A stretch of 64,000 nt of DNA from Carpediemonas membranifera BICM (taxonomy: Eukaryota > Protista > Fornicata), in the NCBI GenBank assembly GCA_019828565.1, contig JAHDYR010000062.1:74801-138800 (forward strand), read 5' to 3'. A program made the translations under genes and the position numbers. A model generated the notes under the pieces. That model saw only the letters and a list, made by a program, of their open reading frames with translations. It made no database searches and was not told the origin of the DNA. Position 1 is the first letter of the stretch; each line of letters opens with the position of its first letter. Of this stretch, positions 53,371-64,000 are shown in pieces.

Positions 53371-55688
53371 CAGAGGGCCTCTTCCAGTTTACCAGAGTTC
53401 CCTTTGGTATCAAGACGGCCCCCGCCTTCTTCCAGGCGACCATGAGGCAGGTCCTACACGGACTGATAGGGACGAAATGTGAGGTTTTCATCGACGATAT
53501 TGTGGTATACGGCACCTCCCCCGAGGAGTTGGCCCACAACCTCGATGCGGTCTTGGCGCGACTCGCCGATCACCGCTTTACCCCCCACCCCATAAAGTGC
53601 AAGCTCTATGCCGAAGAGATTGACTACCTTGGCCACATAGCCTCGGGTAAGGGAGTGCGTATGTCCGACGATAGGACTAAAGCCATCCTAGATATGGCCC
53701 CGCCCAAGGATATCTCTACGACAAGAGCATTCCTGGGCGCTGTCAACTATTTCCGGAGATTTGTCCCGGGCCTGGGCTCGACAGTTGCCCCTCTCTATGG
53801 CCTGACCTCCGGTAAGACTCCGTGGAAGTGGACAGTCGAGCATGAAGACGCCTTCCAGGCTACGAAACGCCTCATCGCGTCCGCAGGTACACTGTCACAC
53901 TTGGACTACCGATACCCGATAATTGTCCGGACCGATGCTTCAGACATTGGTTGTGGTGGTATGATTCTGAACCTCATCGACGGAAAGGAGCGCATAGTCG
54001 AGTATTGCTCCCACACATTCACCAACGCCGAGAAGCGCTGGGCCACCATCGAGAAAGAGGCGTTTGGAGTGTTCTTTGCAGTCGTTGGCAAGTTCTCTCA
54101 TCACTTGCTGGGTCATCCGTTTACGATACAGACGGATCACCGCAACCTGGTGTACATGAGGAAGAGTCTCACCCCTAAGGTCATGCGATGGGCCCTACAG
54201 ATGCAAGAGTACTCTTACACCATTGAACACATCCCGGGTAAGGAAAACGTCGTCACCGACGCCCTTTCCCGTTGCCTCTTTGCACGTCCAAATGTCAAGG
54301 CAATTGCCCAGCTCTGCTTTGACCAAGTGCACAATGCTCAGGCCGGCCATATGGGACGAGACGAAATCCTTCGCCGACTTAAGCAGCTCGACTACGTCTG
54401 GCCTTCGATGGCCAAGGACGTCGATGTCATGATAGACCGTTGTTCGATCTGTCAGAAGATCAGGCTCCCCCATAAGACCCTGAACCCTCCGCTTAAGACG
54501 ACGATGGCGGACCGTCCAGGCCAAGTCTGGTCTGTCGATACAGTGGGACCTTTCCCTGAGGACCATCGCGGCAACCGCTACGTGTTGACTTTTGTCGACA
54601 TGTTCTCACGGTTTGTCGAGTTTATTCCCACTCGGAGAGCGACTAGCAATGAAGCACTCGCGATGCTGCAAGTTTTTGGACGGTACGGTGTCCCTAAGGC
54701 CTTGCGTACTGACCAAGGTGCCCAGTTTGTTTCGACTGCCGTCCAGGAGCTGTCCGAGGTTATGGGTATCAAGCGAATCTTGACCCTACCCTATCACCAT
54801 AGGGCTAATGGACTCGTCGAGAGAGCTAACCGCGAACTGAACAGACACATCCGTGCGATTACCGCCGAAAAGCGCCTCACGGACTCTTGGTCTGTCTATC
54901 TTCCGATGGTGCAGCGAATCTGCAACGCTACTCCGAACTCAACGATTGGCGTCGAGCCAGCTCAGATCATGTTTGGTGACATTGATCTGGGCGTGAACCT
55001 TCTTGGTAGAAAGGAGGGAAGGGATGTAGATTCGACTTCTCCGTCCCCCACGCACGAGTCTGTCCAGAACATGATCGCCGCACAGCAGCTAGTGATCGAG
55101 GCTGCCCGTACGACCCAGCACGAGACACTCGAGTCCCGTGGCGATGCTGAGGAGACCACTGACCCTCTACCCGTTGGGTCTCAGGTGTTGGTCACTCCAC
55201 TCACCCCGACGATAGACCGTCTCGCCCCGCGATACTTGGGCCCCTACGAGGTGACGGAGATCCAATGCGACATCTACAAGGTGGTTAGTCCCGAGTCTGG
55301 ACGCGCGATGCAGTACCACGCGACACGGATCATACCCTATACGGGAGCGACGATTGATCCTATCCAGTTAGTCGCCCTGGATTACGACTCCTACCTCGTG
55401 GAGCGGATCGTCGACCACAATCCCGGTCGTACGAAGACTAAGTGGCAGTTTAAGATCCGTTGGGACGGTTATGGCCCTGAGGATGACTCCTGGATCCCCT
55501 TACGTCGATGCTAAGGATCTGCAGGTCCTGGATGAGTATCTCGAGGCTCATCAGGAGATTCACCTTCAGGAGGGAAGTGTAGCACGTGGGTCTGCGAAGC
55601 CCACTGCGAACCCCGGCCTGCGGGGCCGGGTGCGAACCCAATAAATACAACGACACGACAACATGAATCACAACGATTTACGACTACA
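53370..55688 (+). mobile_element. 3' half of a second chromovirus family without the antisense ORF; PPT then LTR 55578-55688
   Basis: FIDD, TDAS, TDQG, KIRWDGYGPEDDSW; AGGAGGGAAG then TGTAG...CTACA. Confidence 0.9.
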
Positions 55689-57770
55689 AGACCGGCACAT
55701 CAGCCTTTGTGCGGCCGTATAGGAGAATGTCGTCAATGTAAACAGCTGCTCCACGGTGTAGGACAGGAGCTAGGACTTTCTGCATGGCACGTTGAAAAGC
55801 AGACGGAGCCGTCTTGTCAAAAGGTACTCTGCAGAATTCAACATAGTCGTCGGGTGTCACCGCAGCGGTGAGTGGTATGCTGTCCGGGTGGACTCGCATT
55901 TGATGGTAACCGGACCTTAGGTCCAGTGAGGCAAAGTATTGGGCGCCGGCTGCCTCCCTATCGAACAGGCGCAGGTCGGGGAGCGGGAAATGGTCATCTT
56001 GGACGTACGCGTTGATGCGGGTGTAGTCAACACAGACGCGGATCTTTCCAGACTTGTGGCCGTGTTTGACGATCACTATTGGGGCGGAGTAGGGACCTTC
56101 GGAGTCCCGAACGATGCCTTGAGAGCGCCAGCGTTGGACTTCAGCATGGACTTGGTCTCGGAGAGCTGGGTCAGCGATAGGACGAGGCTTTGCCTGTATG
56201 AGGACGTCGTCTGTGAGTCTGATGTGGAGAGGATCGAGCTTTGAGCCTTCTGGGGGCAACTCGGGATCGAATACTTGTGAATGCTCTCGGAGAAGGGGCA
56301 GAATGTCCTCCTTGAGCTCCGGGACTGTTACTGCTTCATATCCTCGGGGTGCAACGTTGTCGACGGCTATATCGTCATCGTCGTCGGCTGAAACAGCGGT
56401 ATCGGATGGGAACGACAGGCTCAGGGAATCTTCGGTGAGGATCCCAAGTCTGCGGAGTACGTCCGTTCCTAATAGGAACTTTGGCACATCTCCTGGAATA
56501 ATGAGGGCCAGTAGCGAGATCTCAGTGTCGTAGCCCGCGGGCCTGGGCAGGGCAACGGTAACTCGGAGGTATCTGTCGCTAGTGAATGAGTCGCCGGTTG
56601 CGACAGCTGCGGAGGTCTTTCTGCCTGTGACGACTTCGCAGCTCGTGCGTTGGTATAAATGCTCTGCTAAACCACTCGACACGCAGGTGACTCCCGCTCC
56701 AATATCAATCACAATTGGGTCCTCAAGGCCATTTATATGGCTGTTCAGGGTCAGCGGGCCCTGCTGGGGGTCAGTCGTGTCGACGGCGTCGCGCTCCTTA
56801 CGGGGAGGATTGGGGCGCAGGCGACCGTTGTCGCGGGTGAACTTTGGCTTGAAAGCGGGCTTCTCGGCAGTCGGACACTCGGAGTTCCAATGGTTACCAC
56901 CGCACTTCTCACAGGGAGCAGGAGGAGCACGGTTGCCCGGATTGACGTCGTTTGTCTGAGCTGGGGAGGCAGCGTTCTTCTTGACGGAGGCCTTCTTCGG
57001 CTTGGATGGGGCCTCATCGTCGACAGCCGCGTCCTTCTTCTGCTTGATCGGGACCAGCTCGTAGCCCTTGGATAGGGCAGTCAGGGCGAGATCGTCTTCC
57101 TCGTCTGCGGCCTCGAGAGCAAGGGTGATGACGTCCTCAAGCGAGAGAGAGCTGGCGACGGCAAGCTCAGACTTAAGTCGTACAGCGCGCTGCAGCGGGT
57201 ACGGGCGGAGGTTGTTAATGAAGATCTTGACGGCCTTCTTCTCGGCCTTGTCAATCTTGTCGTCGTCATCGTCTTCGGGGGTTTCGTGTGCTGTAGCTCT
57301 CTGACCCATTCGTCTGCGTTGCGAGGGGCCACGAGTGCATCAAGAGCCTTTGAGACTTCCTCACCGGTAATGTCCTGAATTCTCTTGTCAGTCTGGCGTT
57401 CGACCGCGTCAATGTACGTCTCATCGAGGAAAACGCGGTAGTTGGCGTTAGGGAAGAAGACATTAAGTCTATCAACTTCTTGTCTGTAATTTTTCACTCC
57501 TGAGCGGGTGAGCTCGCGGAGCTTCGGGAAATTCGTGGTGGAGATATTGCTGAACATGCTGGGTGAATGTGGACTAGTTTAAAATTTAATTTAAAAATGT
57601 GCCGGGCCTTTGGGGCCGAGTGCTAGCAATGAGGTTGAAGTGTTTTAATGATACGATTTGATCGGTGCAGCGGACTAGCCGGGACCAAATCACAATCAAG
57701 ACCAGGCCATAAATAATACAAATCAATATATGGCCCTAATCATGGCACCAACATGGTGGCAACCATGACA
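55689..57770 (-). mobile_element. 5' half of a Gypsy element (gag frameshifted, PR, RT start) with probable 5' LTR ending at 57770
   Basis: CEKCGGNHWNSEC, VIDIGAG, DLRSGYHQ, YIDD; gag ATG at 57557. Inner LTR boundary uncertain (57568 or 57598). Confidence 0.85.
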
Positions 57771-59185
57771 CAGGAGCGGCCCAATCAGAGGTGGAAGGCG
57801 CAATGACGCCGTTATCGAGGAGTTCTTGGACTTCCTGATCGATGTACTGCCGTACTGCAGGGCTTTGGCGTCTAGGTGGCGTGCTTACGGGCTCCGCGCC
57901 ATCGTGAAGTTCGATGTCCATCGGCGCAACCGCAGCGCCGAGGGATGGACACGGTTCGAGAACAGGTGAGCAAACCTGTCTCTCACCTTCGTGATGGCCT
58001 TCGGGAGACTCCAGCAAGCAGCTTCCTTGGGATGGTCAATGGAGGGCTCTTCGTCGGCACGGAAAGCCTCCAGGTCAGCCTCGGAGACGAAGAGGTCATC
58101 GTCTGACTCGTCATCGAGGCGAGAGACGGAAACATCCTCCTCGTCCGGGATCTCGGTCGGCCTAGGTCCCGACTCCACGTAGGAGAGGAGATCGAGTTCC
58201 ATAACCGTTCTTCGAGAGGACTGCGCCCTTAATCTCATCAGAGATGTAAAAGGGGACTTGCGTCCTCACTCCGGGGGTGTATAGAACGAGGCTTGCAACC
58301 TTATCGAGCACGGCGGGTCCGTTTGCCGTGTCGATCGAGATGTTGGCCCGCGCCAGGCGAACGGGGCCAAGGGAGTCGATCACAGACGGGTTGACGAGGT
58401 CAACAGAGGCGCCAGTGTCGAGGAGGGCAATGACCTCGACCTGGCGACCCTCGTCACCCGGAACTCCCAGCGACAGGCTGAGATAAGGAGCTTCAACGCT
58501 CCAGTCAATAGCCCTTTCAGCGACGCTGTTGATAAGCTCGGCCACGTAAACGCCAAGACAACGGGCAGCAGCATGCATGCCCTGGGCGACGTAGCCGGGC
58601 TTCTGACGGTTGGGGCAGTCAGCGCGGCGGTGGCCGACCTGGCCACAGCCGAAGCAGCGCAGCTCAAGCTTGGGCTTAGTCTCCTTGCTGGGGGCCCGAC
58701 GCGGGCCGGCCGGCTGGCGGGCCTGGTCCATACGCTGGCCCTGATCACGCGCCCTGTCGACTCGAGGGGCGTGGAGACGGTCGGGGAGGATAGCCTCCCT
58801 GTCCAGGAGCTCGTCCAGCTCCTGGATGGCGGTTGTGGCGGCGGTCGCCATATCATGCGGTTCAGTCAGTCGAACCGCTCGGGCAAGGTCACGGGGGAGA
58901 CTGCGAAGGAAGGTCTCCCTCAGGAGCTTGCGAGGCGGCGTGGTCCTGGTCCAAAACTGCGAGCTTCGCATAAAATGCCTGGAGGTGCATTAGCAGACGA
59001 CGTTGCTGGGGACGACCGAGATGCCAGTGGCCCGCTTGACCTGCGGCGTCTGGGCATCGGTATAGTGCTCGGGGACGCCCTGGTACCCAGATATCCCTGG
59101 CACGAGCTGACATACCCTCGAGAGTCTCAGCTGCGTTCGACCGGTTTATGTCTTGGTGAAAGGTGGTCGTCACGACAAGCTGTGC
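57771..59185 (-). pseudogene. Degraded Gypsy gag-PR-RT-start fragment
   Basis: CFGCGQVGHRRADC, LLDTGAS, IAPSTSDWAAP. Confidence 0.85.
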
Positions 59186-60214
59186 TGTAAGCAAGTTCAG
59201 TACTACTGTCTATACATCCTCTCTCGGTTTCAGCTCTCAGCGATGTCTCAGTCGCTGGGTTCTTTTGATTGAATCACTCGATCTCGGGATTGGTGAAGTG
59301 CTAACACTAACTGAGCATACTGGGGTGCTACATGACCTTCATACAGCACCCGAATATGTTCTGTTAGTGATGTCACTTCATCAATCTTGGGATATATATA
59401 TATAAATTGTGGTACCATATCTTGGCGATGACAACATTGCAGAACATTTCACCAACGTCGAAGGTGCCCAAAGACGCCGAGAAGGTGTTCCGTGTCCACA
59501 CCCATCGCCCGGAGTAGGGAGACCATGGGTTGCGTGTGCATTGTGAATTCTTCGGGAGCCATGGCCAGACTCATGGGCAGGGTGAGTCGATATGTGCGGC
59601 CGTCCACCACGAACCCGAGCCGCTTTCGTTCTTGGGGTGCCCAAACGACCTTCGGAACGTCGCCAGCGAGGGTCAGTTTGTGCTGAAACGGTTTGACATG
59701 GAGGAGAACACTGTGCTGAAGAGCATGCCTGCCTTATCCACTGAATTTACCGTAGACGCGTTCTACAGCTTAGTCAGCCTGATCCAATTTGCATAGTGCC
59801 ATATGGGGGGGTGAGGATCGGGTGCTCCATCGCCTACAACTCGGGCCACATCATCCACCAGGTCACCCTCTGAGAAGGCACAGCACGATTATGGGTGATG
59901 CAGTTTGTCAGATTCTGGAGACTGCTGCTTTGAATGATTTGACAGCTGACTGACCCATGCTCCGCAACAACTCGGTCTGCCCAGCTCGGACGTGAGATGC
60001 TGTTCAGTATCGAGGCGACAAGACGGTCGGAACAATGATCGCGGTTCGCACTCCACTTCAGGCATGATCTGATGTGAAGACCGAAGTCCCAGACAGCATC
60101 CACACTGTGAATGCCGAGCCAGTTCGCTGCAGAGACCGCGACGACCGTGCTAACTTCGGATGGTAATTGACGTTCTCTGGCGTGATTTATGCCGTACAGC
60201 TAAGAAATGTAAAC

Positions 60215-62122
60215 TCACCCGCGCCTAAGCTTAGCCTTAGTGGAAATTCTGAGGCCAAACACGACCCCCACCGCCGCCACACCGAGCACCAGCCCCTTGG
60301 CCGCCGTTGCAAGCTTGGAGCCGGGTACCCGCACCCACACGTCCATCATGGTGCGGCCGTCGATGTCAGTAAACACAGTCACCGAGTCCGCCCCGTCCAG
60401 CAGGCCGACACTCACGCGCCTATTCGACCCAGCGGGGAGATGCGTCTCGAGCTGAAGGTCGCCCTTCCTGCCGAGCATCCTGATGTGAGCCTCGTCCGTC
60501 CACGCGAGCACGGGGTCCGACCCGGTCGAGTGGACAGACATCTCCGCCCCCTTGGACGGCGTCGTGAGCCAGGTCCACGAGGGCCGGGCTGACCGGTCCG
60601 CCTTGTACGTCCGTATCCCGTCCCAGGAGAGGAAGGCCACGTGGTTCCCGATGATCTGGGGTATCGTCTGGGCCGGGTCGGGGGTAGGGGCGGGCTGGGT
60701 CACGTACTGGTAGTTGACGACCTCCCCGGTCGAGTGGAGCGGCACGGACCACATCAGCCGGGCGCCGTCCTGGTCCACAGCCACCGCATGGCCATGGAGC
60801 ATGCTCTTTTGGTACACATCCTTCTCGACCGTCTGATAAAAGGCGGTCACCCCGCCAAGACGGCCAGAGAACAGCGTCACCGACGGACTGACCACAAAGC
60901 AGGCCAGCACTGATCCCGTATCCAGGTCTACGAAGGTGATGGTGTCTTCCCCGCGATACACGACCGTGTCGGCCGGACCCCACCGGTCCTGGGGCACAGT
61001 CAGCACGCTAGCATCCTCCCCCAGTGTCTCAGCGTGCTGCAGTCTGGCCACCTGTAACGCGTGGCGGTCAGAGTGAGGTGACCGCTGGGCCTCGACGCCC
61101 TTGGAGGTCAGGTACCTCTGCAGCAGGAGGTACGGCTTGGGCGTCTGCCCGAAGACCAGGGTCATGGGGCCGGATGTGGCGTGGTCGTAGTTGACTGAGA
61201 CCGGTCTGGCCCATCGCTCCATGGGGGCAGGCGGGGCCGCTGTCTTGTTGGTCTGCAGCCGGTGAATGAAGATCGTCTTCGCCTCGGGTGCTTTTGCGGT
61301 TCTCCCCGTGACTGCGACGAGGATGGAGTCAGATGTGAGGGCCACGTGAGTGTGCTCCATGGATTGGAAGGGGCAAATCTCCTCCTGGGACGTGAAGCCT
61401 CTGTTCGCGCAAAATAGGAACGACGAGACGTCTGCGGCCCACATGATCGAGTGGGTGTCCTTGAGGGCCACTATCGGGTCGGACAAGGCCAGCTCGAGGT
61501 CGTCAGTGAGCACAGCGAAGTGCGTTGTGGGCACGTTCCCAGTATTGGTGAGACCGGCGGCCTTACCCATCGTAAAGGCGGCAAGGTCCCCCTTGACGTC
61601 CACAGGGAGTATCGCGCGGTTCTCGCTGACGATGGTGGCGAGGTGGCTTCGCCAAATCTCGGGAATTGTCTCGAGCACATCCGTCATCTCCTCGGCGTTG
61701 TGCGAGGTGTATGCATTCATGTAGGAGGACCCGCTGGTGTCCGCAGAGTACATCAGGATGGGCGTCAGGGGCAGGAGTTCAACCGCCCGGGTAGACGGGA
61801 TGACGACGTTGGCGCCCGAGAGTGGTGTGGAGGCGGTGACGTTGATGTAGAGATCACGGGTCTTCAGAACGCGGTTCACAGTGTGTATCTGCGGTGTGAA
61901 TGAATGTACGGGGATCGTGGTGTCGTTGGTGTACAGAGGATAGTCTTTCAAAGCATGCTGGTAGACAACGTTGCCACCAGTGTCCACGAAGAAGTATGGG
62001 TATAGTATGATCAGTGCAAGGAGTACAGCAGCGTCTCTCGCAGTAAAATTCATCTCCTGTCGAATTGACGCTGATTCTGCTTGCTGCTTCATCAGATGAT
62101 TGATGATCGACGCCTTTCTCAT
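60215..62122 (-). CDS. Host hypothetical membrane-anchored protein (635 aa)
   Basis: Long ORF with hydrophobic segments near the N- and C-termini; start and introns uncertain. Confidence 0.75.
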   Translation of the reverse strand: MRKASIINHLMKQQAESASIRQEMNFTARDAAVLLALIILYPYFFVDTGGNVVYQHALKDYPLYTNDTTIPVHSFTPQIHTVNRVLKTRDLYINVTASTPLSGANVVIPSTRAVELLPLTPILMYSADTSGSSYMNAYTSHNAEEMTDVLETIPEIWRSHLATIVSENRAILPVDVKGDLAAFTMGKAAGLTNTGNVPTTHFAVLTDDLELALSDPIVALKDTHSIMWAADVSSFLFCANRGFTSQEEICPFQSMEHTHVALTSDSILVAVTGRTAKAPEAKTIFIHRLQTNKTAAPPAPMERWARPVSVNYDHATSGPMTLVFGQTPKPYLLLQRYLTSKGVEAQRSPHSDRHALQVARLQHAETLGEDASVLTVPQDRWGPADTVVYRGEDTITFVDLDTGSVLACFVVSPSVTLFSGRLGGVTAFYQTVEKDVYQKSMLHGHAVAVDQDGARLMWSVPLHSTGEVVNYQYVTQPAPTPDPAQTIPQIIGNHVAFLSWDGIRTYKADRSARPSWTWLTTPSKGAEMSVHSTGSDPVLAWTDEAHIRMLGRKGDLQLETHLPAGSNRRVSVGLLDGADSVTVFTDIDGRTMMDVWVRVPGSKLATAAKGLVLGVAAVGVVFGLRISTKAKLRRG

Positions 62123-62196
62123 GACGGGCGCCTATCAGACCCGCACCAACCTTACCACCACCAGATAGTACACCATTTTTAGAATACCCGCAATCG

Positions 62197-62745
62197 CTAG
62201 CTTGGCGGCGACATTGCGTCCTCCCCCTCGAGGGCCGTGTAGTACGACATTATCGCGCCATGCGAATCCACACGTGCCGTCAGATACTCCATGTCCTTGG
62301 GTGAGAGCACTTCGGACCCGCCTTCGAAGGACTGCCGGAGCTGGTGCCGGGCAGTTGGCGGCGACGAGAGTTCTCTCTCACTCTCCTCTTCTTCGATTAC
62401 CTTGTGTAAAACATCACTTTCGCTCAATGGAAGCATTCTATGCGCCCCAAAGTCCAGGAGCGGTGTTTTGCGGACGCGTTGGAGCGGCGCGCTGTCGGGT
62501 GTCTGTTGGAAGTCCCCAAGGCCTAAAGGAGAGCCTGCACTATCTCTATGGTAAATATCAAGTACTGAATCGTCCATGGCCTCTTTCTCTGGAGCTGCTG
62601 GCGCTATATGAATGACACGTGTCACAGAAATTTGACCGGGCAAGCTCGGAAGGATGATCTGTCCCACGAGTAGAGTCCACGCGTGTGTCTCTTCCTCTGC
62701 TACCCTTGCTACTGTCGCATTCAAACACGGTGCTAACATGAACAC
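62197..62745 (-). CDS. Host hypothetical protein (5' structure uncertain)
   Basis: 182-aa ORF in the gene-dense host block. Confidence 0.5.
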   Translation of the reverse strand: MFMLAPCLNATVARVAEEETHAWTLLVGQIILPSLPGQISVTRVIHIAPAAPEKEAMDDSVLDIYHRDSAGSPLGLGDFQQTPDSAPLQRVRKTPLLDFGAHRMLPLSESDVLHKVIEEEESERELSSPPTARHQLRQSFEGGSEVLSPKDMEYLTARVDSHGAIMSYYTALEGEDAMSPPS

Positions 62746-62805
62746 CTAACGTAGCCACCCATGGCGCGGCCTTTATAAACGAGAACGGGTCAGCGCATAC
62801 GCCGC

Positions 62806-63126
62806 CTAGTGCTTGGCGACATTCTGTCCCTTCGTATACATGCTGTTGATGAGCGATTGCCGTTCAAGAACCTCGGCATTGGTTTCTTGCTGGAGAAGTG
62901 CGGCCTTGATGTCCTCCTCGTTCTTCGTGGCGCGGATCTGCTCAAAGTCATCCTTCACGTGGCTAACAAAGTACTGCTGGAAGTTCTGGAGTTAGTAGGG
63001 ATGCGTATTGAGCACGAACATAGTCCTTGAAGGATTCAGCGGCCTTGAGAGAGCGCTTGAAGCTGTGTTAGGCTAGATGTCTTGCTGTACATACAGTGAT
63101 TCGATAGATGAACTGAGAGCGGACAT
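62806..63126 (-). CDS. ISD11: LYR-motif Fe-S assembly protein Isd11/LYRM4, 84 aa; exons 63126-63095, 63062-63020, 62985-62806
   Basis: Spliced product MSALSSSIESLFKRSLKAAESFKDYNFQQYFVSHVKDDFEQ...VLERQSLINSMY; introns GTATGT...CTAACACAG (32 nt) and GTTCGT...CTAACTCCAG (34 nt). Confidence 0.85.
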
Positions 63127-63227
63127 TCCTGATGTTCTGACGCCTGCCAATGGGGTGCATGGACGGAATATATGGATCACATATAAACGTAAATCGACCG
63201 ACATGAGAAACGGAACCGGTAATTTAC

Positions 63228-63710
63228 TTAGAGGTTCTTGATGTGGCCCTTAAGGGCAGCGAGGGCGGCGGTGTCCTCGCCCCAGTTGGTGAGGCAGGCG
63301 GAGGAGCAGGCGACAACCTTGCAGGCCTCGCCCTCCTCGTTGAAGCGGCAGAGGCCGGCCCACTCGCCAAGGGTCTTCTTGGACTCAACCTGCATGAGGG
63401 GAACCTCGCGGTCCTTGCAGAGGGCGGTAACCTGTGTGATGCGGCGGGCGGAGAGAACAAACGAGCTTGGTGTACTGCTGGTTGTCGCAGTCGGCGGCGA
63501 GGAGGCAGATAACAGCGCGCTTGCTGTCAACGGCCTTGGCAACCTCGCGGAGGCCGCGGAGGAGGCCGTCGGTGAAGCGGGCGGACTTCATGACCTCGCG
63601 GAGAGCCTCCATGGGCTCGTAGGTGACAGGGGAAACCTCAGTGGTCTCGACAGTCTGAACTTTGTTAGCACGCCTCGTGATCATCACGAACCAGGGGTCT
63701 CAGCGTCCAT
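63228..63710 (-). CDS. RPS12: 40S ribosomal protein S12 (eS12), 139 aa; exons 63710-63692, 63659-63463, 63431-63228
   Basis: DGLLRGLREVAKA, YTKLVTALC, LGEWAGLC...KVVACS; introns of 32 nt (GTTCGT...GCTAACAAAG) and 31 nt (GTTTGT...CACACAG). Confidence 0.95.
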
Positions 63711-64000
63711 ATTTGAATGCTTCCTCGATCGCCAGTTTTTTCGCCAAAAAAAGTTGCACGAAAAAAGAGTAGCTCGTCAAGCGACGTCTGATGCGGACCT
63801 GAGCCACGCTTGGGGTTACCACGGGCTGGTGAGTCATGAATGTAAATGTGTAGAGAAAAAAGCTGGGAAGCAGACAAACAGAGGGTGAAGCATGTTGTTT
63901 CGGCACGCACCTTTTCATCCTGTTCATTGTAGCCTGGCCTATGCACCCTCTCCCATTGCACATTCCGCCTCATCACCCTGGAAATCATCGCCGAAATGTC

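Noticed and set aside
59186-59420. LTR of the 57771-59185 element and a GTGGTACCA cassette copy
   Set aside because: No partner repeat, PPT or GTAAGA donor in the window; boundaries cannot be supported.
26692-63888. Many 60-220 aa ORFs overlapping pol, gag and host genes on other frames or strands
   Set aside because: Shadow ORFs of GC-rich coding sequence with no motifs or independent conservation.

Overview
Eukaryotic genomic DNA, not prokaryotic. Tiny 31-34 nt spliceosomal introns with a branch point fused to the 3' splice site suggest a metamonad/fornicate-like protist (inference). About 59 kb is a nested transposon cluster and the last ~4 kb holds compact host genes: a membrane protein, an intron-split ISD11 missed by the ORF track, and RPS12. 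Highlights: (1) A complete 16.7-kb DNA transposon (2440-19160; 54-bp TIRs starting CATACTGTC, 2-bp TC TSD) with a CMC/Transib-like DDE transposase and chromatin cargo. The cargo is a histone H3 N-tail mimic (K9R, K27R) on a non-histone body, a SET-like protein, a double PHD-like protein, a caspase-like+OTU protease and two kinases. It sits inside an IS630/Tc1 element, inside a sister giant element, inside a Gypsy. (2) A Ty3/Gypsy chromovirus family with an antisense ORF behind pol ending in a second chromodomain-like domain (7 copies), plus a conserved 3' cassette: hairpin, duplicate PPT, sense-strand intron and GTGGTACCAC palindrome. (3) Five two-gene IS630/Tc1-like elements with convergent accessory ORFs, one with a 3-bp ACT TSD. 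All domain calls are motif recognition by eye; no searches were run.
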